DNA from: the human T2T-CHM13v2.0 reference genome, Homo sapiens
Direction: 5' to 3' (one strand)
NCBI RefSeq assembly: GCF_009914755.1
Contig: NC_060929.1
DNA: 64,000 nt
Part shown: positions 1 through 15,324 of the stretch, in pieces
Layout: each line of letters begins with the position of its first letter
Position numbering within the stretch: the first letter of the stretch is position 1
Notes under the pieces: model-generated
What the model saw: only the letters and a program-made list of their open reading frames with translations
What the model was told of the DNA's origin: nothing
Database searches by the model: none
Program-made: the position numbers and the translations under genes

Positions 1-991
1 TGCCTATACCACAAGGGCTCTGGGTTTCAAGCACAAAACTGGGTGGCTGTTTGGGCAGGCATTGAGCTAGCTGCAGTTTTTTTTTCATAACCCAATGGCA
101 CCTGGAACACCAGTGAGACAGCCATTCAATCCCCTGGAAGGGGGCTGAAGCCAGGGAGCCAAGGGGTCTTGCTCAGTGAATCCCACACTGACAGAGCCCA
201 GCAAGCTAAGATACACTGGCTTGAAATTCTTGCTGCCAGTATAGCAGCCTGAAGTCGACCTGGGATGCTCTAGCTTGGTGTGGGGAGGGGTGTCCGCCAT
301 TACTGAGGCTTAAGTAGGTGGTTTTTCCCTCACAGTGTAAACAAAGCTGCCAGGAAGTTCAAACTGGGCAGAGCCCACCGCAGCTCCACAAAGTTGCTGT
401 AGCCAGACTGCCTCTCTAGATTCTTCCTGTCTGAGCAGGGTATCTCTGAAAGAAAGGTAGCAGCCCCAGTCAGGGGCTTACAGATAAAACTCCCATCTCC
501 CTGGGACAGAGCACCTGGGGGGAGGGGTGGCTTTGGGCACAGCTTCAGCAGACTTAAATGTTCCTGCCTGCCAGCTCTGAAGAGAACAGCAGATTTCCCA
601 GCACAGCCCTTAAGCTCTGCTAAGGAACAGACTCCCTCCTCAAGTTGGCCCCTGACCCCTGTGCCTCCCGATAGGGAGATACTCCCAGCAGGGGTTGACA
701 GACACTTCATACAGGAGAGTTCTGGCTGGCATCTGTTGGGTGCCCCTCTTGGACGAAGCTTCCAGAGGAAGGAGCAGGGAGCAATTTTTGCTGTTCTGCA
801 GGCTCTGCTAGTGATACCCAGGCAAACAGGGTGTGGAGTGGACCTCCAGCAAACCTGCAGAAGAGGGGTCTGACTGCTAGAAGGAAAACTAACAAACAAA
901 AAGCAATAGCATCAACATCAACAAAAAAGATGACCACACAAAAACTCCATCTAAAGGTCACCAACAGCAAAGAACAAAGGTAGATAAATCC

Positions 992-2024
992 ATGAAGATG
1001 AGGAAAAACCAGTGCAAAAAGGATGGAAATTCCAAAAAACAGAATGCCTCTTCTTCTCCGAAGGATCACAACTCCTCGCCAGCAAGGGAACAAAACTGGA
1101 CAGAAAATGAGTTAGATCAATTCACAGAAATAGGCTTCAGAAGGTGGGTAATAACAAACTCCTCCAAGCTAAAAAAGTATGTTCTAACCTAATGCAAGGA
1201 AGCTAAGAACATTGATAAAAGGTTAGTGGAATAGCTAACTAGAATAACCAGTTTAGAGAAGAACATAAATAACCTGATGGAGTTGAAAAAACACAGCACG
1301 AGAACATCGTGAAGCTTACCACAGTATCAATAGCCAAACTGATCAAGTGGAAGAAAGGATATCAGAGATTGAAGATCAACTTAATGAAATAAAGCATGAA
1401 GACAAGATTAGATAAAAAAAGAATGAAAAGGAATGAAAAAAGCTTCCAAGAAATATGGGACTATGTAAAAAGCCAAACCTACATGTGATTAGTGTACCTG
1501 AAAGAGATGGGAAGAATGAAACCAAGTTGGAAAACACTTTTCAGGATATTTTCCAGGAGAACTTCCCCAACCTAGCAAGACAGGCCAACATTCAAATTCA
1601 GAAAATACAGAGAACCTCACAAAGATACTCCTTGAGAAGAGCAACCCCAAGACACATAATCGTGAGATTCATCAAGGTTGAAATGAAGGAAAACATGTGA
1701 AGGGCAGCCAGAGAGAAAGGTTGGGTTACCCACAAAGGGAAGCCCATCAGACTAACAGCTGATCTCTCTGCAGAAACCCTACAAGCCAGAAGAGAGTGGG
1801 GGCCAATATTCAACATTCTTAAAGAGAAGAATTTGCAACCCAGAATTTCATATCCAGCCAAACTAAGCTTCATAATTGAAGAAGAAACAAAATCCTTTAC
1901 AAACAAGCAAATCCTGAGGGATTTCGTCCCCACCAGGCCTGCCTTACAAGAGCTCCTGGAGGAAGCACTAAATATGGAAAGGAAAAACTGATACCAGCCA
2001 CTGCAAAAACATATTAAATTGTAA
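992..2024 (+). pseudogene. Disrupted L1 ORF1p (RNA-binding chaperone)
   Basis: ORF fragments 992-1192 and 1455-1700 (ENFPNLARQANIQIQ...RHIIVRF); in-frame stops and frameshifts. Confidence 0.9.
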
Positions 2025-2087
2025 AGACCGCTGACACTATGAAGAAACTACATCAACTAATGGGCAAAATAAACAGCTAGCATCATA

Positions 2088-5927
<3,840 letters not shown>

Positions 5928-7649
5928 ACAATGAGAACATATGGGCAAAGGGAGGGGAACATCACACACTGGGGCCTGTCGGGGGGTTGGGGGCAAGGGA
6001 AGGGATAACATTCGGAGAAATACCTAATGTAGATGATGAGTTGATGGGTGCAGCAACTGAATCTGGTTTTCAATACTTCTGTTGAAAGCCATAAATATGA
6101 TTTAATATGGACTATAATAAGGTACTATTCTGCTCTTCACTTCAAAGACACATCTTTTGAATATGGCAAGTAGCTAGGGAAATATCAAAAGTTCCAGTAT
6201 TATTTCGTTATATTTTCCAAATTCTCCACTAATCTTTGAGTGTAGACATTTAACCAAATAAAATGATTCATATTACTTAATGTTGTTACTCATGCCAAAT
6301 ATATTTCATAATAAAACAAAGACATCTGAGTGTAGAGAGAGGATGGATAGGAAATGACAAAGAAAGTAAAGTGATTTGAGAAGGGATTAGGTCTAATCAG
6401 TTGGGTTTATTTTTTTCTGGGAATAATTAAGATATTTACTGAGGCAATGGGTTATCATAAAGCAAAAAACAAAGAAACTCCTAACTCACTCCATGAGATC
6501 GAATTTCATAAAAGCATTTCTATAAAAATGATGAATAGCCCACCAGAATCGAAATGTATGCAAATTGCAAAGCTAGTTGGAGGAGTGTGTGTGTGCTGCC
6601 TTGGTCTCTCAAGTCTATCAAAAAAGGGGAAAAAGAAAAGGTGACTTGCTGCCTGAGCAGTTCTATGCCTAACATCAGATACTGTAATACCACCATTAAA
6701 AAAAGGGAATTCATCATAAATGCTACTTAAAAGACAGTAAAGAGCCAACACACATGTTTGAGAACAAGTAACTCCTATCAGGGACCTTAAATGAGAGAGA
6801 TACGGAGCTTAACCTGAGGGCAGCAGGGCTTCCTCAGTGCCCCCACCCTCTACCTCCCAATCCTTATAGTATCACTTTTCTTTAGCCTACAAAGATACGT
6901 GTGAACACAGTTTTTTGTTGTTTTTTTTTTAAAGAAATGTAAGGACAAAGCACATTTGTAAATAGAGGGAATAGGACATAGTGGATTAAGGACAGTGTAT
7001 AGTGTTTTATATAAAAGATTCTACAACAAATTTTCTTGAAAAAATGAGGCAGGTATGAGATGTCCTGAAGCCCCCAGTTCTCATAACTTTTAGGATATGA
7101 GTAAATTTGTTATATGGCATTTCACAGGTACTGAATTGCAGGATTTTGGTCAGTCACAGTTTCTTGCCAGAAGCACTATCTTTTGTAAAGGGCTACATAG
7201 CAGAATTTTTGTTCTATTTTAGTTTTATTTTGCTTTTGTTTGGTGGGAAGTAGGAAGAGAAAAATTCTTACTAAATTCCATTACCTAGAAATATTTTTAT
7301 AGCATAAAACATTTTCCACAAATTTTTCTATGCACATTATTTAATAATTTTTTATAATATCATTTCCAAATTATTATACATCTATAATACCAATGTAATG
7401 ACTATTGTGTATAGTCTCGATATTACTGATCCATTTTTGAGATATTAAGGTTTTTTTCCTTTTTTTACTATAATAAACAATATTGTGATGAACAGCTTCT
7501 TCACATATATTTTGGCTAATTTATCTGACTATGCCCTAAAGTTAAATTCCTACAAAGAAGAGAAAATCTTCTGTTTTGGAAAGATAATTGGTGCTTTAGA
7601 AAGATAGTTCTTGCTGGTGGCGATGGCTGGGTTGGGGGAGAGAAAAGAC

Positions 7650-7925
7650 TAAAAGACTAAGAAGCCCATAACCAAAACTCAGGCAGTGGTAACAGAAGTG
7701 CAGATGAGGGAGAGCAGAAAGGATACTCAGAAGGTAGAATCAACATGGTACAGAGACTGATCCATGGGAAGCTAAGGAGAGACTCAAGGAGAGAGAAAAG
7801 TCACGGGTGGCCTGAAGGCTCCTAGCGTGAACAACTGGGGAGTACATAATGAATTTCAAATTGAACTTGTTGAGTCTGAGGTGCCTTCAAGGCATCCTAG
7901 TAGAAATGGTCAATGGGCAGTGCAC
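7650..7925 (-). mobile_element. LINE-2 fragment
   Basis: Purine-rich L2 antisense signature (…TTGAACTTGTTGAGTCTGAGGTGCCT…CATCC…); boundaries approximate. Confidence 0.6.
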
Positions 7926-8041
7926 AGTGGAAATATATAGCATTCCAGGACACAGACCCACACATTCCTGACAAACACAAATCAATTTGGTTTTACAGGA
8001 GTTCATAATATCACCCCTGCCAATTTTAAATATAGTGTCTA

Positions 8042-8043
<2 letters not shown>

Positions 8044-8090
<47 letters not shown>
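8044..8090. repeat. (GT)n microsatellite, ~23 units
   Basis: Directly visible perfect GT run. Confidence 0.98.
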
Positions 8091-8091
<1 letters not shown>

Positions 8092-8409
8092 TGGGATGGG
8101 GATTACACAGGAAGTTTCTTTGGTTGTTGTCCAGTCACTGCATTTGATGTACATTTGATGTAACAGTTCTTTTTTTTTTTTTAACATTAATGCCCCAACC
8201 TTAAAGAAGAGCTTTTGTCTTATTATAAACAATACTGAATTAAAATTTGCAAATTTAAAACTAGAGCAAATATGGAAAAAGTTATTGAAAAGTAACAATC
8301 AATCCATCAATGCTCCCAGTGAAGAATAAACATCATCATAAGAATGCCCAATATTTGCAGTGTCTATTGTTTTTTGAAAAAGATTTACACAGGCATAAGA
8401 TATTTGATT

Positions 8410-8580
8410 TTTACCATAACCTTGGAAGGCACATTAGTTTTTATTGCTAATTTACAGATCTAAGGAAACTGAGGTTCTGAAAAGGTAAACAGTGTTTTTC
8501 TGTTGTTCAAAGCTGGGAAATGCCCAAATTGAAACTTGAGCCCTGGCTTTCAGACTCTGGAGCCGGAGTTCTTCCTCTCA
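8410..8580 (-). mobile_element. MIR fragment
   Basis: TTTACAGAT…AGGAAACTGAGG core; boundaries approximate. Confidence 0.6.
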
Positions 8581-9479
8581 CCCTTCAGCTAGCTGCATTA
8601 AGTCAATCAATCAATAAATAACTTTTTATTGCCTGTTCTTTCTCTTCCTCCTCCTTATTCTAATCAAGATATTTTAAGTTTTGAATTAAAAATTTATCTC
8701 ATTCTTATGGCAAAGTAGGTTTCAAGCCATTTCACGGAAATTTATACAAGTGCCTTTGTGCTACAATGGCTGAACCAGAGCACCCAGCTCTCAGGCAGTC
8801 CCCACTGTGGAGACAGAGCCTGCTGTCCCACTGGACAGAGCCTCAACCCTGGCTGACTCACAGCCCTGTGTATGTCACTTGGCAGCTTCTTCCAGTAGCA
8901 TGTCCTTCCACTACATTCTTCAGTCACCTTTCTCTACTGCACAAATCCTGCCTGATAATATGTGTGCAATGCAAGCCCACACTACTTTTTGGAACCTCAT
9001 TCAATTGTCACCTCTTGCACAGAAAACAAACAACAACAACAACAAACAAAAAGCTATTTTTGAGTGTGCCTGTTTATCAAGAGTGTTCTCTAAAAATTTA
9101 TCATAATGCCATTATCATTCTGTAACTCCATGGTTCAGATTTAAGGCAATTCTATATCTCTTTGTCTCTTGTGTAGTCTCCAGTCAACTTCATTCTCAGA
9201 GATTTATAGAAAATTTTTCCCATATACTGCTACTCAGAAGTCACATTTATTTTTCAGGTTTTTTAGGCTGAGTCTGACCTGGAAGCACTTTTTTTATGGG
9301 TTCAGTTTCCCTACTCTTGAAGGTTAAAGTGACTTTCTCCGGCTTCCTAGTTTATTTTAGAAAGCCATTATAACTGTGACAGAAGAAATCTAACCAAAAT
9401 AGCACAAAAATATTCTGACCAAACTCAGTTTTTACTTTTGGCTGAAAGCTATTTAATGTATGTTTGGTGCCACTTAAAA

Positions 9480-9680
9480 AAAAAGTTTCATTGAGATGTA
9501 ACTGAGATAAAATAAACTGCACATATTTTAAAGTGTACAACTTGACAATTACTGCAAATGTATACACCAGTGAGACCATCACCACAAGCAAGGGAATGAA
9601 CATATCCATCACTCCCACACTGCCGACTTCCCGTGTGTTCCTTCAGAATCCCTTCTTTTCCCTCCTTTGCCACATATTCT
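9480..9680 (-). mobile_element. Old L1M 3'-end fragment
   Basis: TTGAGATGTAACT…AATAAACTGCACATATTTTAAAGTGTACAA signature. Confidence 0.65.
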
Positions 9681-10613
9681 GGAAAGGGAGAGCGAATATC
9701 GTTAAAACTTCAAATTCTTTCCAGCTTTTCTATAGATCTAACTTTGTTTTAATAAAAATCACAATAGGAGTCTTAAAAAATGTAAAAACATTGTCCAGAA
9801 ATAAAAGCACTTTAAAATGATGTTACAAATGAGGAAATAAGAAAACAATGAACACATCAATACAAAACCAGGCAAAGTCCATAGGCAGAGAATGCTCATC
9901 CCTCTGAAATGGCTAATAAAAAGACTGAAATCTAAATCTAAATCTTACTAATAATCAAATAAATAAATGACAATTAAAATAGCATATTCATTTACATTAA
10001 TTTTTGTCAAAGATTTAGAAGACAATATGATGCTCAGAATTTAAAGCTTTTTGAAAGTAGACACTAATATATTACTGAAAAAAGTACAGATTTCCTTGTA
10101 ACTATTGCAATATTAAATGTACATTATTTTTGATGTAGCAACTTATCTAGGAATTAATACTAAAGAAATAAATAAATGAACAATGGCAACAACTTGGGAG
10201 CAATATAAATGTCTGTCATTAGTAAACTGGTTAACTATCTAATGGTTCATTCTTATAAAGGAATCACCAGAGGCCATTTAAATGGTAAAGTTTATCTGTA
10301 TGAATTAAGTGGAAAGAAAAAGAGTGGAAGTAAAGGAGATACATATAGAATGATTTCTTTTCTTTTGTACACAAAAATAATCCACTGTGTTTTTCAGGTG
10401 TAGGAAGAACTCTGGAAAAAACTATATAAAATTTAAGTAAAGTTTTCTCTGGGAATGGAAGTAAAACAGCTTTCACTTTTTACTATATATATATTTAATT
10501 TTACTAAAAAATATTTACTACTTTTATAATTTCAAATGTTTTCATTTAATAACAATATGTATATATTCTTATTAAACTTATATAGTTTTCTATGTCCCTC
10601 TAAACATATACAC

Positions 10614-10968
10614 TGATACGGTTTGACTCTGTGTCCCCACCCAAATCTCATCTTGAATTATACTCCCATAATTTCCATGTGTTGTGGGGGACACCCGGTG
10701 GGAGATAATTTGAATCATGGGGGAAGTTTCCCCTATACTATTCTCGTGGTGGTGAATAAGTCTCACAAGATCTGATGGTTTTATCAGGGGTTTCCACTTT
10801 TGCATCTTCCTCATTTTTTCTTGCCGCCACCATGTAAGAAGTGTCTTTCACCTCCCACCATGATTCTGAGGCCTCCCCGGCCATGTGGAACTGTAAATCC
10901 AATTAAACCTCTTTTTCTTCCCAGTCTCAGGTATGTCTTTATCAGCAGCATGAAAACAGACTAACACA
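10614..10968 (+). mobile_element. THE1 (THE1A-like) MaLR solo LTR
   Basis: TGATACGGTTTG…CTAACACA termini, typical THE1 body, 5-bp TSD TACAC/TGCAC (1 mismatch). Confidence 0.9.
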
Positions 10969-11237
10969 TGCACTAAGAACAAAATCCTAAAAAATACACT
11001 ACAAGGTGTTAGAGTCATTCTATAACCACGAGAAGTCTTATAAAAAATTTGTTCATCTGATTTTTCTAATTTTTGTACAATTATTTGTTATAAGCTGTAT
11101 AACAAAATACTTCTAATAAACTCTTGTTTAGGTAAAATCAATATAACAAAAAATTACTTAAATAGTATAAAATAGTCAATCTCTACATTTTTTTTTCCAA
11201 ATGCTGACAATAACAATAAAGTAAATAAAGTCACTAT

Positions 11238-11826
11238 AGGGACTTCTGCTTCTTGCCCAAAGGAGTCAGGTTTATGCTTGCTCATGAAAGAATGGAAAAA
11301 CTGGACAAAATGAATGAAACAACAGTTTTCAGACCTTAGGCAACAGTTAGCTTAGCATGGTGATTAGAGAAAATGAATACAATGAGATGACGCCTATGGT
11401 TGCCCCAGTGTACATGCTGGAGAGCTTCCAGGTCCCAGCATAAGGAGGAGGGATCACTGCCTGACCTGAAAGTCTCCCTAAGTTGAGGAGATGGAGCTGG
11501 GAATTCAGGGAGGTCAAGGTAACTAGAATTTGCTGAAAAGAGAGGAGACAGTGGCCCAGAGAGGGAACTCAGGGACATCTGCACAGGCCCCCTCTTGAGT
11601 CTTCAGCTGAGTGTTGATCAGCCTGAGGAAGGTGAAATTTCTGGGAAAAAGCTGGAGGAAGGAATGACAAAGACACGAGGAAACTTTTGGGGGTGATATA
11701 TATTTGTGTACTATCTCAGTTTTGGTAATTTTCTCACAGATGTGTATACCTATATCAAAATTTACTAAATTGTGTAATTTACATGTAGTTTATTATATAT
11801 TTTTTTCCAGTGGAGTTTTAAAAACA
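11238..11826 (+). mobile_element. Ancient L1M: 5'-end segment joined directly to a 3'-end segment
   Basis: 11238-11620 resembles L1M 5' ends (GACTTCTGCTTC…AAAACTGGACAAAA…ACAGTTTTCAGAC); 11640-11826 resembles an L1M 3' end (GAGGAAACTTTTGGGGGTGAT…). Confidence 0.55.
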
Positions 11827-13454
11827 ATTTTGTAAAGAAAAAAATGTATGGTGAAAATGAACTGATGGGATAGGATATTACTCAAATTAGCTCTTTGTGT
11901 AAGCACGGTACAATTAGCATCGATTTACATTTACATCTCTTCAGGTTGACAAGAAAGCAAGTATGGATACCACCAAAAACACCTATATAATTTGCATCCA
12001 AATGTAGTAAATTACTTTGAAAAATATTGGAAGTTTTCCCTAGTGGATTAAAGTTTTCCTAACATGTGACTTTAATCATTGGCCTATTACTCTAAGAAAT
12101 TGTAATTCACTAATAATACATAAGGCCATAGACCTGGGTCTGCCCCCTCCCTCAATATCAATAATACCAACATTTGTAGAAGGTATATAAATGTTATGCA
12201 CTTCAAGAAGAGAAGTATGCCAAGAGAGATGTAATAATGCATGAGATAGAGTCTAGAGAATTTAGAACAAGCCTTGGTTTAGATGAACATTAAGGGATTA
12301 AGGGCTATTCTTCCAGTAGGACATTTGTAGGAGAACAGGAAAGCCAGGTGACCATATTCTACAGGGCAGGCCTGAGCTTTATCTATTTCGTGGCTGGATG
12401 TTGCATGTTCTCTGAATCAGCAAATTGTCAGTGGGAAAAATGTATCTATATTGACTGCTCTCAACCAGCTTATTTAAGATAAAATAGTACCTTGGCAGCC
12501 AGCTGAAGAGATTTTTTGGTACTGTGTTGGTCTGAGTAATGGATTATTGATCTACAGTTAAACTGATCTGAAGGTCAGACTTCTAGGATTTCTCTCAGTC
12601 TCACATTCTGAATCCATTGTTGTCTTTTAGGAATGGTTATATCAGAGGTACCTGACTCATCTTTGGCCAGAACAACAGGAGCAAATCTGGTATTACAGTA
12701 TGTGGGCTGCAAATATAACAAAATTAGTGCCTCTATATTTTGCTCTGCAGATTGTTCCTGAATTATGGTCCCACAGTCATGCTGCATTGCTCACTGGAAG
12801 TTTCTATAATGAGAATTTAACCCACTTGTTTACACTGGAACTTAGTTCATAGGTTCTCATCACATTTATTTCAGGCTTTCAGGTGAAATACCCTGCCTAT
12901 TTGAGCTTACAACATTTTTATTTCTAATGTAAACGTGTGTATCTGTACGTGTATTTTAATCAATAAAATGACAGATTCTCAGCTTCTCGAGGACTATGCC
13001 GAAAAACCTAAAGGATAATCCAGGTTACAAATAGCACATTCTGTTCAGTGAATTGGGCTTTCATCCCATTATCAGACAATGCCATTGGTTCTTTAAAATT
13101 AATCGAGGGGAATATTTCACATGAAAGGGATTACTTCTTCCTATGCAAGTCAAAAAATTGGAAAACAAATGAACATTTAAAGCCTACTGGAGCCCAGCTG
13201 TTTGCCCCCTGAAAAGATTATGCTATTCAATGACTGGAGTGATTTAAAGAAGTAGCATGACATTTGAATTATTGGCTATCAAAAAGAACTTGTGGAGGAG
13301 ACTTCATAAAATGAACTTCTAAGAAATACCCCTTGAGAAATGGTGCTGAACTCTAGGAAAAAAATAGAACTATTTCTGTTTAACTGTAAGGACAGCTTCT
13401 GTGTTTCCTTAGGCAAACAGATTTCCTGTGGTCTAGAAATGTTTCTGTCTACCA

Positions 13455-14509
13455 CAGAGGTGGATTTACCGTGAGGCTAGGAAGGGTGAAGCTTCAGGGC
13501 CCCTCACTTGCACAAGCTCCTTCCTAAGGCACTGGAAAAGGCTCGAGGGGTGGGATGGCATGCTCCTTTGCTTTTAGAATTTTGCATGAGTGAGACATTT
13601 TAACTGCAGAAGTTTAAGATCAATGTCTACGTACTGATTTTGCCTATATCACACTTTTCCCTTGGGTTAGTTAGCACTGGGGTGACTGTGGGCCATTTTG
13701 GGATCTGGCTAATTAGAAACTGAGTTAAAGATTCATTTAGTTTCAGTTTGGTGTGATTATATTCTTGTGGTTCTCAGTCTCTTCCCTGTACCCTTAGGTT
13801 CTTGCTGGCTGTCTGGGTGTAGCTTCCACGAACACACCTGATTACCATGGTGCTGGTAACATGAAAGTGCAAGCCCAGAGATCACTCCAAAATCAATGTG
13901 CCCAGAGCTTCAGGCACCACAAGTCTGTGTGGAGTGAAGGAGACACAATGTTCAAAACATATAAAGCCAGGAACTGCTCTTTGAAAATTCTTCCAAATCT
14001 TACAGTTCACAAATGAAAGACATTTGATAGAGATATTTCCCAAGTTTGGTCACAGTCCTAAGAATGTATATGAAATCACCCCCAAAAATTGAGAAACTTG
14101 ATGTAACTTTTCTAAACTATCGGTAATAAAATGACAGATTACAATCAATTATACTAGAGAAAAGACTGCATTATCTTGTTATTCTCAACATAGAAAACAT
14201 AATAGAATCATGTAAAATGAAGAGGCAATCAGAGAATAAGCAACCAAAACTACAGAGCCAAAAAAATCATAGAAATGTATCAAGCAATTAATTTTCTGAA
14301 AATGAAGTTAATTTTATAAATTTTGTTATCCTTGTAGAATTTGTCAGCTTTATTAATTTTATAATCTGGTGTGATTTAGTTTTACATCCTAAATAAATAT
14401 TCAATCTCCACATTCAATACATATTCCAATGATGTATCCATTTCTCTTAAAAGGGACTCCTCGAGTTGTATAAGACATCAGTTGGTATAAAGCCTGGACC
14501 CACTCCTTG
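13455..14509 (+). mobile_element. hAT-Tip100 DNA transposon (Arthur1/MER69B-like) with decayed transposase C-terminus
   Basis: Start CAGAGGTGGATTTACCGTGA…GCTTCAGGGCCCCTCACTTGCA, end CCTGGACCCACTCCTTG. About 14035-14200 translates in pieces to NFSKLSVIK…LEKRLHYLVILNIEN (hAT dimerisation domain). Confidence 0.75.
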
Positions 14510-14986
14510 TCAACTACCATAGTTTCCCTGGGATATGAAGAGGTAACTTCCTTTATATTACAACTAAGTAATAAAATGGATATAAATGTATTAGCCGAAC
14601 TGCAAATTGTGATATTCAGCATTTTAAGGGACTGATTCTGTTGGATACTCAGAAATATAAATAGGCCAAATCCTATGACCAATAAATTAATCAATTGATA
14701 AAACAATGTATCTTTTTCTTGATTACACTAAAAATTTAAAATATTATATTCCTTATACAACATTTTTAATTTAATTTGCCTTGTAAGTGTTGGTAGTATA
14801 TGCATAGTTCTCCAGAAATATGTTTTTAAATATCTTTATATATAAAACTGGGTTTTAGGTCCTCGATTTGTGGCAAACGTTTTGAACGCTTGTTTGGCTT
14901 AAAATTCACAAACATATAAACTAGCAATGACATCATGATAGGCTTTGTGCATTTCTTACCAAAAGTGATAAAATTTGTAGACAATA

Positions 14987-15324
<338 letters not shown>

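Noticed and set aside
330-899. 189-aa minus-strand ORF
   Set aside because: Antisense reading of the L1 5'UTR; no evidence of a host protein.
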